Shown here: positions 1 to 9,317 of the stretch, in pieces
Layout: each line of letters begins with the position of its first letter
Position numbering within the stretch: position 1 is the stretch's first letter
IMG/VR virus record: IMGVR_UViG_3300009111_000169
Location: 1-24,160 of that record
DNA length: 24,160 nt
Origin: a virus
Taxonomy: Duplodnaviria; Caudoviricetes
Direction: 5' to 3' (one strand)
The notes under the pieces: generated by a model
Told to the model about the DNA's origin: nothing
The model's database searches: none
Seen by the model: only the letters and a program-made list of their open reading frames with translations
Made by a program: the position numbers and the translations under genes

Positions 1-374
1 CCCACGGTGGTGTCATAGACGTAGCCGCTCGAGGCGGTGAAGGTGTTGAGGGTACTCGCCCCGCCCACGATGAGCGTCCCCGCGTCCACCTCGAAGATGT
101 CCGCCCCCGCGGCGAACGTGGCCAGGCCCCGAAGTCCGAGGGTGCCCGAGATGTAGACGCCCGAGAAGCGCCCCATCCCGCCGTCGAAGCCCCCGGAGAA
201 GGTGCCGCCGGAGGTGACATCGCCGGAGAAACTCCCGGTTCCACCGATGAGCGCCCGAACCCGGCAGAGCATGTTGACGCCGCAGTTGTTGGGGGCCGGC
301 TGGGCGTAGATAACGGCCTCCAGCGCCACCAGTCCGGCGAACACCGCCACGACGCACCATTGCCAGCGCTTCAT
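1..374 (-). CDS. Partial (runs off window) secreted/fibre-like protein, MKRWQWCVVAVFAGLVALEAVIYAQPAPNNCGVNMLC...
   Basis: Not in the ORF track (no stop in window). I translated it by hand: ATG at 374 overlaps the upstream stop (ATGA), codons are GC3-rich, there is a basic-hydrophobic signal-peptide-like N-terminus, then Gly/Thr/Ser-rich beta-type sequence with DGG/DAG motifs. Confidence 0.75.
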   Translation of the reverse strand, partial: MKRWQWCVVAVFAGLVALEAVIYAQPAPNNCGVNMLCRVRALIGGTGSFSGDVTSGGTFSGGFDGGMGRFSGVYISGTLGLRGLATFAAGADIFEVDAGTLIVGGASTLNTFTASSGYVYDTTV

Positions 375-862
375 GACGTGGCCATTCCCAAGACGCTCTG
401 GAAGCCGTCCACTCGCAAGAGGAAGTCTGCGGAGGTGCCCGTCAGGCTCGAGGCCGCGTAGAGCAGAAGGTTGCCGTGCCGAGCCGGGATGCGCATCGGC
501 GCGAACATGTAGCCGTTAGGGCCAGTGTACGTCCCGGCCGTCACGGCCAGATCCAGGTCCGGCGAGCGATCCCAGGTGCCCGTCCATGGCGCCCAGCACC
601 ACGCCAGGAGGTTGCCCCCAGTGAGCGTCAGGCCGGGGTTCGGGTAGAGCCGGGCGGTGATCGCCATGATGCCAGTCAACCAGAGGCCATCCCCGGCGCG
701 CGTGGCGCCGACGCCAGGATCGGTCTGCCCGGAGGAGCACAGCGAGGAGAGGATGTACTCCCCTTGCGAGTTGACGGTAGGTGGCGCTGGCGTTGCCGGG
801 GAGCGCGTCGCCGATTGCCGCTCCACGTAGAAGGCCGTTGGTCTTGGTCCGCCCTGGGGCAT
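371..862 (-). CDS. Putative virion beta-sandwich protein (163 aa), hypothetical
   Basis: Start directly follows the upstream stop (TAGATG). Trp/Gly/Thr-rich beta-strand pattern. Lies in the structural operon. Confidence 0.75.
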   Translation of the reverse strand: MPQGGPRPTAFYVERQSATRSPATPAPPTVNSQGEYILSSLCSSGQTDPGVGATRAGDGLWLTGIMAITARLYPNPGLTLTGGNLLAWCWAPWTGTWDRSPDLDLAVTAGTYTGPNGYMFAPMRIPARHGNLLLYAASSLTGTSADFLLRVDGFQSVLGMATS

Positions 863-3424
863 CTATCTTCCCTCCATCCTTGAGTCGAGGCGCTGTGCCG
901 CCGTCTGGGCACGCCCAGCCTGCTTCAGCGCGCCCGCATTCGGGTTCGGTTGCGCCAATTGGTCCATGCCGGATGTCTGTGTGGCACCTGCATACACGGC
1001 CTGGTTCGCCGCAATGGCGTTCCATCCCATGGCGCCGTCCAGCTGGAACCCCGTCAACATGGAGGCCATCATACGCGACTGCGGTCGAATCGTCTTCCCC
1101 CCGTGGCCCATGAGGGCGTGCAGGAAGCGCTCTTGAACGTGCTGGTACAGCGCCGGAGAGCCCAGACGGAAGCCTGCGACGTGATCTGGCGTCAGTGTGC
1201 CCTGGCGCGCATGCGTGAGAGCCCGAAGCGGGTTCTCCACCACTTCGGCGAACCGTGCGAACTTGGCCAAGTCGTGGGCGCTCGGCTTCACCTTTCTGGC
1301 GTGCAGTCCAGGTAGACGGGCCTGGGGGGCCTTCGCGGCGAGCAAGGCAACCTTCTGCGCGGCGGCCAGCTGGAGGGCTTGAGCGATGCCGGGGGCATGG
1401 TGGTGGAGCTCATCCGTCTGCCGGGCAAGGGCCTCCTCAAGGAGCTCCGGCGAAGCCGCAAGCCGGCGAGCATCCACTGCATCGGCGGCGCGGCGAGAGA
1501 GCGCGGCAGCACCGGTCCGACCGATGGCGCTGGGTGCATTGCTGATCAACGACTTCAGCGCGGAGTCGATCTCCTCCGTCATCGCCTTCTGTGCCTTGGC
1601 AAGCACTACCAGCGCCGCCGCCGTCTCCGGAGCGGCGGTCGCCTGCGCGAGAACGGATCGCGTCGCTCGACCCGAGACGTTGGGCGCCACCGCGCGGGAC
1701 CACCAGCTGGATGGGCTCAACTGACCAGCCGGGGATGGTGCTGGAGCCGCTGGACTTCCGAACGCCGCCCCGAGGCGTTGCGACTGCGCTTCGCCGAACG
1801 CAGCCCAGCGCTCGGCGGCGATGGCTTCCGCAGTGCGGTTGGCCACTAGCGCACCCTCCTCGCCCTCCAGAAGTCCCTTGAGGATTCGCGCCGCCCGCCA
1901 TGTCATCCCAGAACCATGCCGGCGCAGGAGTTCTGTCCCAACGGTGCCAACTAGACCACCGATAGGACCACCTGCCAGCGTCCCCCCCACACCGCCCCAG
2001 AGTGCCGAGGAGAGACCAAAGATGTTGTTACCGACCGAGCGCTCGATGCCGGTCTCCGCGAACTCCAACGCTCGGGCCCCAACATGATACTGCCGATTCG
2101 CCAGCCTCCACTCGTCGAGCGGCATCTTGATCTTCTGGATGCCGGCCTCGATACCCTCCGAGTAGATGCCGCGGAGGTCATGGAGGGCCTGGCGGTATGC
2201 GGTGGCGTAGGGATCCATTGTCCCGCGCATCCCGTACAGCGCCTCGTCGTTCTGCATGCGGAGTCCGTGGAGGTCTTCCAACGAAATCTGCTTGCCCTGC
2301 TTCTTGATGTCAGTGAGCAGCGTGTCCAGCTTTCCGGCTGCCTCGCGCTGGTATGGATTCTTCTCCAGCTTCGCCAGAATTTCCGAGCGCGCACGCTGAA
2401 TGATGGCTCGGAGATCGGCCAGCGCCACACCCTCGGCTGCCGCGAGCTCGTCCGCGCTCTTGAGCAACTCACCCATCGTCGCTCCAGATCTCTGCATCAG
2501 AGAGCTGGCGCGCTCGTAGGTCATGCTGGGCGTCGTGTACCAGTCCACGAGCCCCATTTCGCCCATGTCCTTGAGCACGGACTTGGCGCCCACATCTCCA
2601 AGCTGGCTCCGAAGGCGCTTGATGTTGTGCTGAATCCCACCGGCCGCCTTCCCGGCCGACCTGGCCTCCAGATCGTCCAGCCAGCCCGACAAGGTCTCTC
2701 GCACCGAGGAGCTACCGCCCAGCTTGGCGCCGGCCTCCTTCGCCAGCGTCCCCAGCACGCCCCCGGCCCCGGAAAGCGCCCCGAAGGTGGCCGCAGAGAG
2801 GCCCACCCGGGCGAGCGCAGCTTCAGCGGTGAGGCCCGGATCGCCAAGGGCGGACTCGTGGACGAGTTGCCCCACTTCGTACCCCGCCCCCTCCACCGCC
2901 CCGCCGGCCGCCGCCGCGAGGCCCTTCGCCGCCAGCCGCTGCGCCAAGGAAGCGTCCGCCGGCAGTTCCCGCAGCGCCGCCTTCGCCACCGACTTGCCCG
3001 CCCGGGCCAAGAGAGAGGGGCCAGCCATAGATGCCGCCCTTGCTGCGGCGCTAGTGGCTCCAGCACCCGCGCCCTGGGCCGCCCCGGACGCGCCTCCCGT
3101 CAACAGCAAGGGGGCGAGGATGCCCACCGTAGAACCCACGCCACTGGCAAGCGGGTTGAACTCCTCGCGCGCCCTGATGGCTTCCGGATCCACGCCAAGC
3201 GCCGTTTCGGTCCAGGTGGAGAGCCCCAGGGTCAGCATGGAGCCGAAGGACTCCACCCCGGCGATCGCTGCCTGCCCAGCGGTGCCGTACTGCTCGCGGA
3301 GGAAGTAGTCCCTGGCCTGCTCGGTGGATGCGGGCACCCATCCGAGGGACTCCACCTCGCCCTGCCGGCTTGGTTCGACCGCCTCCACAAGCCCGGCGGA
3401 ATTGATGTAGAGAGCCGGCGTCAT
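863..3424 (-). CDS. Large ejection/DNA-transfer (internal virion) protein (853 aa)
   Basis: Ala/Gly-rich helical protein with several Gly-rich hydrophobic segments (e.g. FGLSSALWGGVGGTLAGGPIGGLVGTVG). Third of three genes after the nozzle, as for P22 gp7/20/16 or T7 gp14-16. ATGA overlap. Confidence 0.7.
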   Translation of the reverse strand: MTPALYINSAGLVEAVEPSRQGEVESLGWVPASTEQARDYFLREQYGTAGQAAIAGVESFGSMLTLGLSTWTETALGVDPEAIRAREEFNPLASGVGSTVGILAPLLLTGGASGAAQGAGAGATSAAARAASMAGPSLLARAGKSVAKAALRELPADASLAQRLAAKGLAAAAGGAVEGAGYEVGQLVHESALGDPGLTAEAALARVGLSAATFGALSGAGGVLGTLAKEAGAKLGGSSSVRETLSGWLDDLEARSAGKAAGGIQHNIKRLRSQLGDVGAKSVLKDMGEMGLVDWYTTPSMTYERASSLMQRSGATMGELLKSADELAAAEGVALADLRAIIQRARSEILAKLEKNPYQREAAGKLDTLLTDIKKQGKQISLEDLHGLRMQNDEALYGMRGTMDPYATAYRQALHDLRGIYSEGIEAGIQKIKMPLDEWRLANRQYHVGARALEFAETGIERSVGNNIFGLSSALWGGVGGTLAGGPIGGLVGTVGTELLRRHGSGMTWRAARILKGLLEGEEGALVANRTAEAIAAERWAAFGEAQSQRLGAAFGSPAAPAPSPAGQLSPSSWWSRAVAPNVSGRATRSVLAQATAAPETAAALVVLAKAQKAMTEEIDSALKSLISNAPSAIGRTGAAALSRRAADAVDARRLAASPELLEEALARQTDELHHHAPGIAQALQLAAAQKVALLAAKAPQARLPGLHARKVKPSAHDLAKFARFAEVVENPLRALTHARQGTLTPDHVAGFRLGSPALYQHVQERFLHALMGHGGKTIRPQSRMMASMLTGFQLDGAMGWNAIAANQAVYAGATQTSGMDQLAQPNPNAGALKQAGRAQTAAQRLDSRMEGR

Positions 3425-4728
3425 TGCATCCCCAGCGTCCGCAAGCGAGCGGCCACGCGAGCATCAACGGTGGCGCCCAGCGCCCCAAGTCCAGCCATCT
3501 TGGCCTTGCTGGAGGTGAACCACTCGGAGATGTCGGGGATCTGCCTGTCAATGAATTCGTAATCGCCCTTGGACATGGCCCCGAGAGATTCCGCGTCCTT
3601 TAGGAGGGCGTTGAGCGTGGCGCGGTATTGCTGGGCCTGGGTTTTCTCGCCACCCACCCCGGTCCAGAGGCGAGGAGAACCGCTCTGGAGGATGCTGGTG
3701 TAGTGACCCATGACGCGCTTGAACTCTTCCACCTTCTCAAGTCCCTCCTGAAGCTTGGTGGCCTGCGTCGCATCCTTCGCAAGCCCCCATCCGCCTCCGG
3801 GAAGGCGCACGCGCCGCTCACGCATATCCTTCGGCATCAACTCCCAGATCCGCTCATCCGCCGGCAATCCCCCACCTGGGGCCGGCTTCTGCGTCATGAA
3901 GAGGTTGAGCAGTCGGGCCCGTTCCATCTCCAGCCCCATGGCGATGCGCTGGGAGTCCATCTGGAACTGGCGAGCCTGAATCTCCTGGCGCTTCCCCGCC
4001 GCCTCCGTCCGCAACTGCCCGCCGATGAGCTGCGCTCGCGCCGCCGCCTCCTGTCCGCCGAACTCCGCAGAGACGCGCGTCACCTGCGCGGCCAACATGT
4101 CCTTGAGGTCCGCCTTCGCCAGGGCGTGGGCGCTCATCATGTCCCGCCCCTGCTGGAGGTAGTAGGACAAGAGCCCCCTCTGGGTCTCCAGGTTGGCCTT
4201 CTGGGCGTCGATGTCCCGCTCGATGGTCCGGTCGATGACCTGCAAGGCCATGTTCGGCCCGCCCCCGAGGCTGGAGCCGATGCCGGAGAGCAGGATGCCG
4301 ATGCCGGCGGCTACCCTCTGCCCGATGTCCGCGTTGGCCCATACCCGGTTGGGGTCAATTTTCGCGTTCAGCGTGGCCTGGAAGAGATCGTCGGCCCTCC
4401 GCTGGTGCAGCGCTGTCTGCTCCGAATGCTGGGCCTCCAGGGCCTGCATCTGGGCGATGTGCCTGTCCTGGAGCTGGAGGAGCGCCGCATCCCGTGCCTT
4501 CTCCACGTCCACTTGCGCGGCGAGCCCCGCGCGCTGTTCGGCCAGGCCCTTGTTCAACTCGCCCAGCGCCCCGGATCCAGGAAGGGCGAGCGCGGGCGGT
4601 GGCGGTTGGGGCGCAGTGGGGAGCGGTTTCGGTGACAGCCGCTCCAACTCCCGCACGTCCAGCATCCCGTGGCGCTGTGCCTCGGGCGCCATGTCCAGCA
4701 TCCCGTGGCGCTGTGCCTCGGGCGCCAT
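3421..4728 (-). CDS. Ejection/internal virion protein (435 aa)
   Basis: Gln/Ala/Glu coiled coils flanking one hydrophobic segment (VAAGIGILLSGIGSSLGGG). TGATG coupling to the upstream gene. Position in the ejection cluster. Confidence 0.7.
   Translation of the reverse strand: MAPEAQRHGMLDMAPEAQRHGMLDVRELERLSPKPLPTAPQPPPPALALPGSGALGELNKGLAEQRAGLAAQVDVEKARDAALLQLQDRHIAQMQALEAQHSEQTALHQRRADDLFQATLNAKIDPNRVWANADIGQRVAAGIGILLSGIGSSLGGGPNMALQVIDRTIERDIDAQKANLETQRGLLSYYLQQGRDMMSAHALAKADLKDMLAAQVTRVSAEFGGQEAAARAQLIGGQLRTEAAGKRQEIQARQFQMDSQRIAMGLEMERARLLNLFMTQKPAPGGGLPADERIWELMPKDMRERRVRLPGGGWGLAKDATQATKLQEGLEKVEEFKRVMGHYTSILQSGSPRLWTGVGGEKTQAQQYRATLNALLKDAESLGAMSKGDYEFIDRQIPDISEWFTSSKAKMAGLGALGATVDARVAARLRTLGMQ
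4657..4728. repeat. Perfect 36-bp tandem duplication (2 copies) encoding MAPEAQRHGMLD x2
   Basis: gtccagcatcccgtggcgctgtgcctcgggcgccat at 4657-4692 and 4693-4728. Confidence 0.97.
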
Positions 4729-5951
4729 CAGGCCGCCTTCTTCCGGCGCATCATGTCCTGCACCACCGGGTGCCCATCCGGGGATGGGAGCTTCGACCGA
4801 TGCTGCTGGACCATCTCGACGAACATCTTGGAGAGGGCCCCCGCGTTCGGCGCCATGGTGATGCTCCGCGGGATGACGATTTCCCCCGGCGAGAGCATGG
4901 CCGGAACCGTGTCGTTCCGCCGCGAGTCCCCTCCCCGCGCGTAGCCGGGGACGGCGCCACCCCGCGCCCGGTCGATGGCGCCGTGCTCGAGGGCCTCCTG
5001 ATAGGGCGTCTCGGCGAACTCCGCCGCGGGGGACTCGTAGCGCTCCTGCTCGAAGGACTCCACTGCACCACCGCCCGCGTAGCTGAGCCCCGCACCATCG
5101 GGATCTACCCGAATCCCGCCCCCTCCCCCACGCCCCGCTTTTGCGCCTGGCTGGATGACGCGCAGTTCGATCTGCACCTTGCCCGCCTTGCCGCGCACCT
5201 TTCCGCCCGGGTCCTGGCTTCGATAGCCCGCGCGGAGGTAGTCCGCGAAGCGCCGCATCTTCGGGTCCACCACCACGCCGCCGTTCGCCATCGGTATGGG
5301 CTCGGAGACGTCTGGCACGCTCATCCCCCCGCCGAGCGCCTTGCCGGCGGCCCCGCCCGCAGCGGCACCTGGTGGACCGCCAAGCGCCCCACCGAGGATG
5401 GCTCCACCGGCCTGCAGAAGCCCCGGGAGGATGCCTGGAGTCCGGTTCTGCGCGGCGATCTGCGCGTTGAGGGCGTCGTACTGGTAGGCGTTTTGCGCAC
5501 CCAACTGCTGGCGCGCGAAGTCCTGCCCGTACATCTGCCCACCGAGGGCGCCCATCCCCTGCAATCCCTGCATCTGCTCCTGGTTCCGGATGAGCGCTGA
5601 CTGCGCCGCCGCTTGCTGGCGCGCCGCCGCGGACTGGTCCGCGATGCCCCGGAGGGCGCTGGAGTATCCAAGGCCCTGGCCCTGCTGCGCCGCCCCCAGC
5701 GCCATGGCCTGGCGGATGTTCTGGTCCGTCGCCTGCTGGAGCTGCCCCTGGGCGAGGGATGGGCCGGCTCCCGCAGCGAACTGCTGGAGCTGCTGGTAGA
5801 GGGCTACCTGGCGAGCGCGGTCCTCGTCCATCTGGCCGTAGTCGATCTGGCGAGAGGGGGTGACGGGCTTGAGCTTCTGGCCGAACAGGACGTCACTGCT
5901 CCACTGGCCGAATCGGCCGAGGGCGTCTCCGAAGTCCTTGGGCGGTGGCAT
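4728..5951 (-). CDS. DNA pilot/ejection protein (407 aa)
   Basis: Gln/Ala-rich N-half, Gly-rich hydrophobic stretch (GAILGGALGGPPGAAAGGAAG), repeated xAxGGxV motifs and C-terminal NDTVPAMLSPGEIVIPRS motif. Confidence 0.7.
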   Translation of the reverse strand: MPPPKDFGDALGRFGQWSSDVLFGQKLKPVTPSRQIDYGQMDEDRARQVALYQQLQQFAAGAGPSLAQGQLQQATDQNIRQAMALGAAQQGQGLGYSSALRGIADQSAAARQQAAAQSALIRNQEQMQGLQGMGALGGQMYGQDFARQQLGAQNAYQYDALNAQIAAQNRTPGILPGLLQAGGAILGGALGGPPGAAAGGAAGKALGGGMSVPDVSEPIPMANGGVVVDPKMRRFADYLRAGYRSQDPGGKVRGKAGKVQIELRVIQPGAKAGRGGGGGIRVDPDGAGLSYAGGGAVESFEQERYESPAAEFAETPYQEALEHGAIDRARGGAVPGYARGGDSRRNDTVPAMLSPGEIVIPRSITMAPNAGALSKMFVEMVQQHRSKLPSPDGHPVVQDMMRRKKAA

Positions 5952-5965
5952 GTGGGCAGTCTACC

Positions 5966-8900
5966 TCATTTCGTCTGGGCCGCGTTGAACTTCCGGGCGC
6001 CGCGCTTCACGCCCAGCTCCAGCGTCATGCCGGAGAAGTTGAGGGAGGCGCCCGGGTCCTGGACGGCTGGCGTGCTCACTACCTCCATCATGATGGCGTT
6101 GCACTTCTGGAGGTTCGGCTGGAACCGAACGTTCCAAGCGTTACCGCTCACCAGGGCGGACACGTCCGAGATGGTGATGGTCTGGTAGGCCGCGGAGTCG
6201 TTCCCGTCGAAGTAGAACTTCACCACCATCGAGCCGGCCGCGCCCGCCGCCGTGGGGGCGCTGCCCCATACCCCCTCACCGATGAAGTGGTTTTGCGTGT
6301 AGTCCCCAGCGACGACGGGCGTCAGGATGGTTGGCGAGGTGATGGTGTAGCCGTTGCTGCTGGTCTCGTAGGTGCTGCTCCCGAGGTTGATCGCCGGCCC
6401 CACGCCCTGATCGTCGTTGGCGAACGCGGACGTGTCCGCGACGGTGAAGAAGGTATCCAACCCAGCCGTGAAGTCGGCCGTAAGGGTGGTGTACGGAGGT
6501 GGATGGCCCGCCGCCGCGCCCGTCAGAAGCACCCGCCAGATCCGCTGGAACGCCTGAAGCGCGTCGCCCGGCTTGAGCCAGCCTGTCCGGAACGTCATCG
6601 GGATGACGGAGCCCGTCTGCGCCACGGGGGCCGTTCCACCGATGGCCCCGGTGGCGGTGGTGGCCAGGTCCCCATAGGCCAGGCCGGCGGCGGTGGGCGG
6701 AAGCTCCTTGATCAGCTTCGTGGCCGTCGCCCGGATGTAGGCGTTGCCCCCCGGCCACCACACCGCATCCACGGCGGTGAAGCTGGAGAAGGTGCTCCAC
6801 TGCTGGCGCTGGTAGTGCCACACCAGCGTCAGACCCTCCGCGTCGTTGGTGGTGAAGCGGCACTCCTTGAGCGTGTCCAGCAGGACAGCGGAGGTGACGC
6901 CCTGCGCATCCCACTGCTGCACGCCCTCGCCGATCCACGTCAGCTGGAGATCGCGCCCGAGGCGGTACCAGCCCTTCGAGGTGCTCTTGAAGATGACCCC
7001 CTCCGGCATCACCAGCACCGAGCGGGGCTCGCTGCACCCCACGTCCGTGGGCAAGTCCTGGAGCTGGTAGCCGTTCAGCGCGCCCGTGGTGGATGGGCCT
7101 TGACCGAAGAGGACGCCGATCTTCCGGGGCCGGAAGACGATCAGCTTGTCGTCGATGGACGCGAACGCCGCCACGGTGCCGCCCGTGGACTCCACCCGGC
7201 CCCGCAGCGCCTCGTTCCACTGGACGCCGAATCCGGACACACACGGCTGGCTGTACTGGTAAGAGAACGGGTCGTCAGAGGGGTTGATGAACACCCGGTT
7301 CTGGTGGACGGCCAGCACGGAGCACGGCGGCGGGCCGTTGTTGGGGAGGATGTCCCCGGTGGTGTAGAGCAGCTCACCGGCCGTAAGGCTGGCATCGGCG
7401 ATGTTGAAGTCCACTGCGATGGTGGCCGCCGTGGTGGAGTTGGCCGCTGGCGCGCTGATGGGGTTGACGCGGTAGTAGATGGTCCCGCCAGCCGTGGTGG
7501 CGTAGACGCCAATGGTGATGCCGGTCTTCTGGGACAGAAAGAGCGTAGGCACCGTTACGGTGCAATGGTGTGTTGAGTCCGCTGCCGTGTACTGGATGGC
7601 CACGCTCGGAGCGGACTGGTGGCGTTGCCCGGTTGCGTCGAACCACTCGTACAGCGCGACGAGACCATGTACGCCAGCTGTCACCACCCCACCAGCGGCG
7701 CCCTGAGCAGCGCTCACCACCTCTGGAAACAAATTGAACGCCGCCTCTGTGCTGGCTCCATTGTCCCATGCCGAGAGGATTCCGTTTGCGAAGTAGGTCA
7801 GCCGGCCGATCTGCTGGCGGATTAAGGGCGTAGTCGCATTGACCGATACGCGGAGGCGGTTGAGTCCTGTTGGCGAGACATTTGTGCCGGTGGCGAAGGA
7901 CAGGAGGTCAATCTCTCTCACCATCACCACCACTTCGCCGGAGGCAAGTGCCGGAGCGCTGGCCTGCATCCAGTTGGTGCTCCCGAATCCAGAAGGAACG
8001 ACACCCCAGGAGCCATATAGCGCTCGCGCAACCGGCACCGTGGACTCGTTCAAAAGAAACCACGAGTTCTGAAGCGCTCCGGTGCCGGCCTCCTGAACGA
8101 ACATCGGAATGTAAACCGTGCCACCAGCAAGAAACGCTTTGGAGGCAATGAAGGGTCCGTTCGTACCGTTCGCCCTGATGGCACTAAGCGCCCATGTCGC
8201 CGGTCCGGTTGTGACAGTATTCGAGGAGTTGATGCCAGAACGGCGGATCAACTTCGTCGCCGCGGCGCCACCGATGGAGCCGGCGTCGTCAGAATAAACC
8301 CACATGGTGGAACCGCTCAGGACGGCGGTGATCGCTCCGTAGTTTCCGGTTGGAGCCGCCGTAGCGTCCTTGAGCGCTGAAGCGACGGAGACGGCGGCTG
8401 CCGATGTGATTACCCCGCCCCAAAGGCCCGGCCCTGTACCGGCGGAATTCACGAGCAAGTAAACACCCAAGAGACTGGCGCTGAATGATGCGATGGCCAC
8501 GCCGATAGCGTTCGCGCGGCTAGCGCTAGCGTCCAGGGTGATCGCTGTGGGTCCAGCCGCTACGCTTGGAGTTGTCCCGGAAACGCTGATCGAGAAAACG
8601 CGGGTGCTCGCGGTCGTGGTGGCGCTGGAGACGTAGTAGACGTATCCGGCAGAAGTGAGCGCGCAAGCGTCCATGACCGGAGTGGCCGCAGAAAAATCGT
8701 TGATTAGCGCGGTCTCGGCGCCTAGAACTGTAGGTGCGGACGTGGCCACCACGCGCGCATTGATGGTGGTGGCAGCGCCGCCGTACAGAAGGATGAAAGA
8801 GTTGCTGAATGCTATTACTCGCGGAGAATATCCGGTCGCATTGAGAATGGTTGGCAGTACCACTACTGCGCCGGAAGTCTCGTCGAGGATTTGGTACTTC

Positions 8901-9313
8901 ACTCCATTGAGCGTTCCGTCCGCGAGGTAGTCCCTCCAAACGTAGCAAGTATAACCGTTAAGCGTCGCCACGTCGTATAGATCTTGAGCCCCGGTGGTGT
9001 GGACCAATTCATCCTTGGCAAGCGTGATGGTGGAGATGGCACCGCCAGAGATTGGCGAGTTAGCTGCCGGGGAATAAGATTTGATCGTCCCAGAGTCGAT
9101 GGCCAACAGTTGCTGACCATGCGCGGCCAGGCCGGAGAAGGCTGTTCCAGTTGCAAGGCTTGTGTTGCCGTTCCGACGCTTGAAGGTATCAGCTTCCGAC
9201 ATGGTGGCGTTCTGCAAGGCCACCATCTTGCCGGGCAGGACGACGCGCTTGTCCGTCTGGGTGTCGAGCCCCTGGGTGAAGTTGACGCCAACAACCTGTT
9301 TCTCGAGCGGCAT
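5966..9313 (-). CDS. Tail nozzle / tail tubular protein B-like (P22 gp10/T7 gp12 position) (1115 aa)
   Basis: Large beta-propeller-type sequence. N-terminus GLDTQTD...LQNA...FKRRNG. C-terminal motifs DVGCSEPRSV..GVIFKS..GWYRL, FRTGWL..FQRIWRV. Lies between the adaptor and ejection genes. Confidence 0.75.
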   Translation of the reverse strand: MPLEKQVVGVNFTQGLDTQTDKRVVLPGKMVALQNATMSEADTFKRRNGNTSLATGTAFSGLAAHGQQLLAIDSGTIKSYSPAANSPISGGAISTITLAKDELVHTTGAQDLYDVATLNGYTCYVWRDYLADGTLNGVKYQILDETSGAVVVLPTILNATGYSPRVIAFSNSFILLYGGAATTINARVVATSAPTVLGAETALINDFSAATPVMDACALTSAGYVYYVSSATTTASTRVFSISVSGTTPSVAAGPTAITLDASASRANAIGVAIASFSASLLGVYLLVNSAGTGPGLWGGVITSAAAVSVASALKDATAAPTGNYGAITAVLSGSTMWVYSDDAGSIGGAAATKLIRRSGINSSNTVTTGPATWALSAIRANGTNGPFIASKAFLAGGTVYIPMFVQEAGTGALQNSWFLLNESTVPVARALYGSWGVVPSGFGSTNWMQASAPALASGEVVVMVREIDLLSFATGTNVSPTGLNRLRVSVNATTPLIRQQIGRLTYFANGILSAWDNGASTEAAFNLFPEVVSAAQGAAGGVVTAGVHGLVALYEWFDATGQRHQSAPSVAIQYTAADSTHHCTVTVPTLFLSQKTGITIGVYATTAGGTIYYRVNPISAPAANSTTAATIAVDFNIADASLTAGELLYTTGDILPNNGPPPCSVLAVHQNRVFINPSDDPFSYQYSQPCVSGFGVQWNEALRGRVESTGGTVAAFASIDDKLIVFRPRKIGVLFGQGPSTTGALNGYQLQDLPTDVGCSEPRSVLVMPEGVIFKSTSKGWYRLGRDLQLTWIGEGVQQWDAQGVTSAVLLDTLKECRFTTNDAEGLTLVWHYQRQQWSTFSSFTAVDAVWWPGGNAYIRATATKLIKELPPTAAGLAYGDLATTATGAIGGTAPVAQTGSVIPMTFRTGWLKPGDALQAFQRIWRVLLTGAAAGHPPPYTTLTADFTAGLDTFFTVADTSAFANDDQGVGPAINLGSSTYETSSNGYTITSPTILTPVVAGDYTQNHFIGEGVWGSAPTAAGAAGSMVVKFYFDGNDSAAYQTITISDVSALVSGNAWNVRFQPNLQKCNAIMMEVVSTPAVQDPGASLNFSGMTLELGVKRGARKFNAAQTK

Positions 9314-9317
9314 GCGC

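Noticed and set aside
13-360. Track ORF of 115 aa (MVRRGG...)
   Set aside because: Wrong frame, an Arg/Gly-rich shadow. The real gene starts at 374 in another frame and runs off the window.
863-3424. Tape-measure protein call for the 853-aa gene
   Set aside because: No tail tube, tail chaperone or baseplate genes are present. The adaptor-nozzle-three-gene order fits podoviral ejection proteins.
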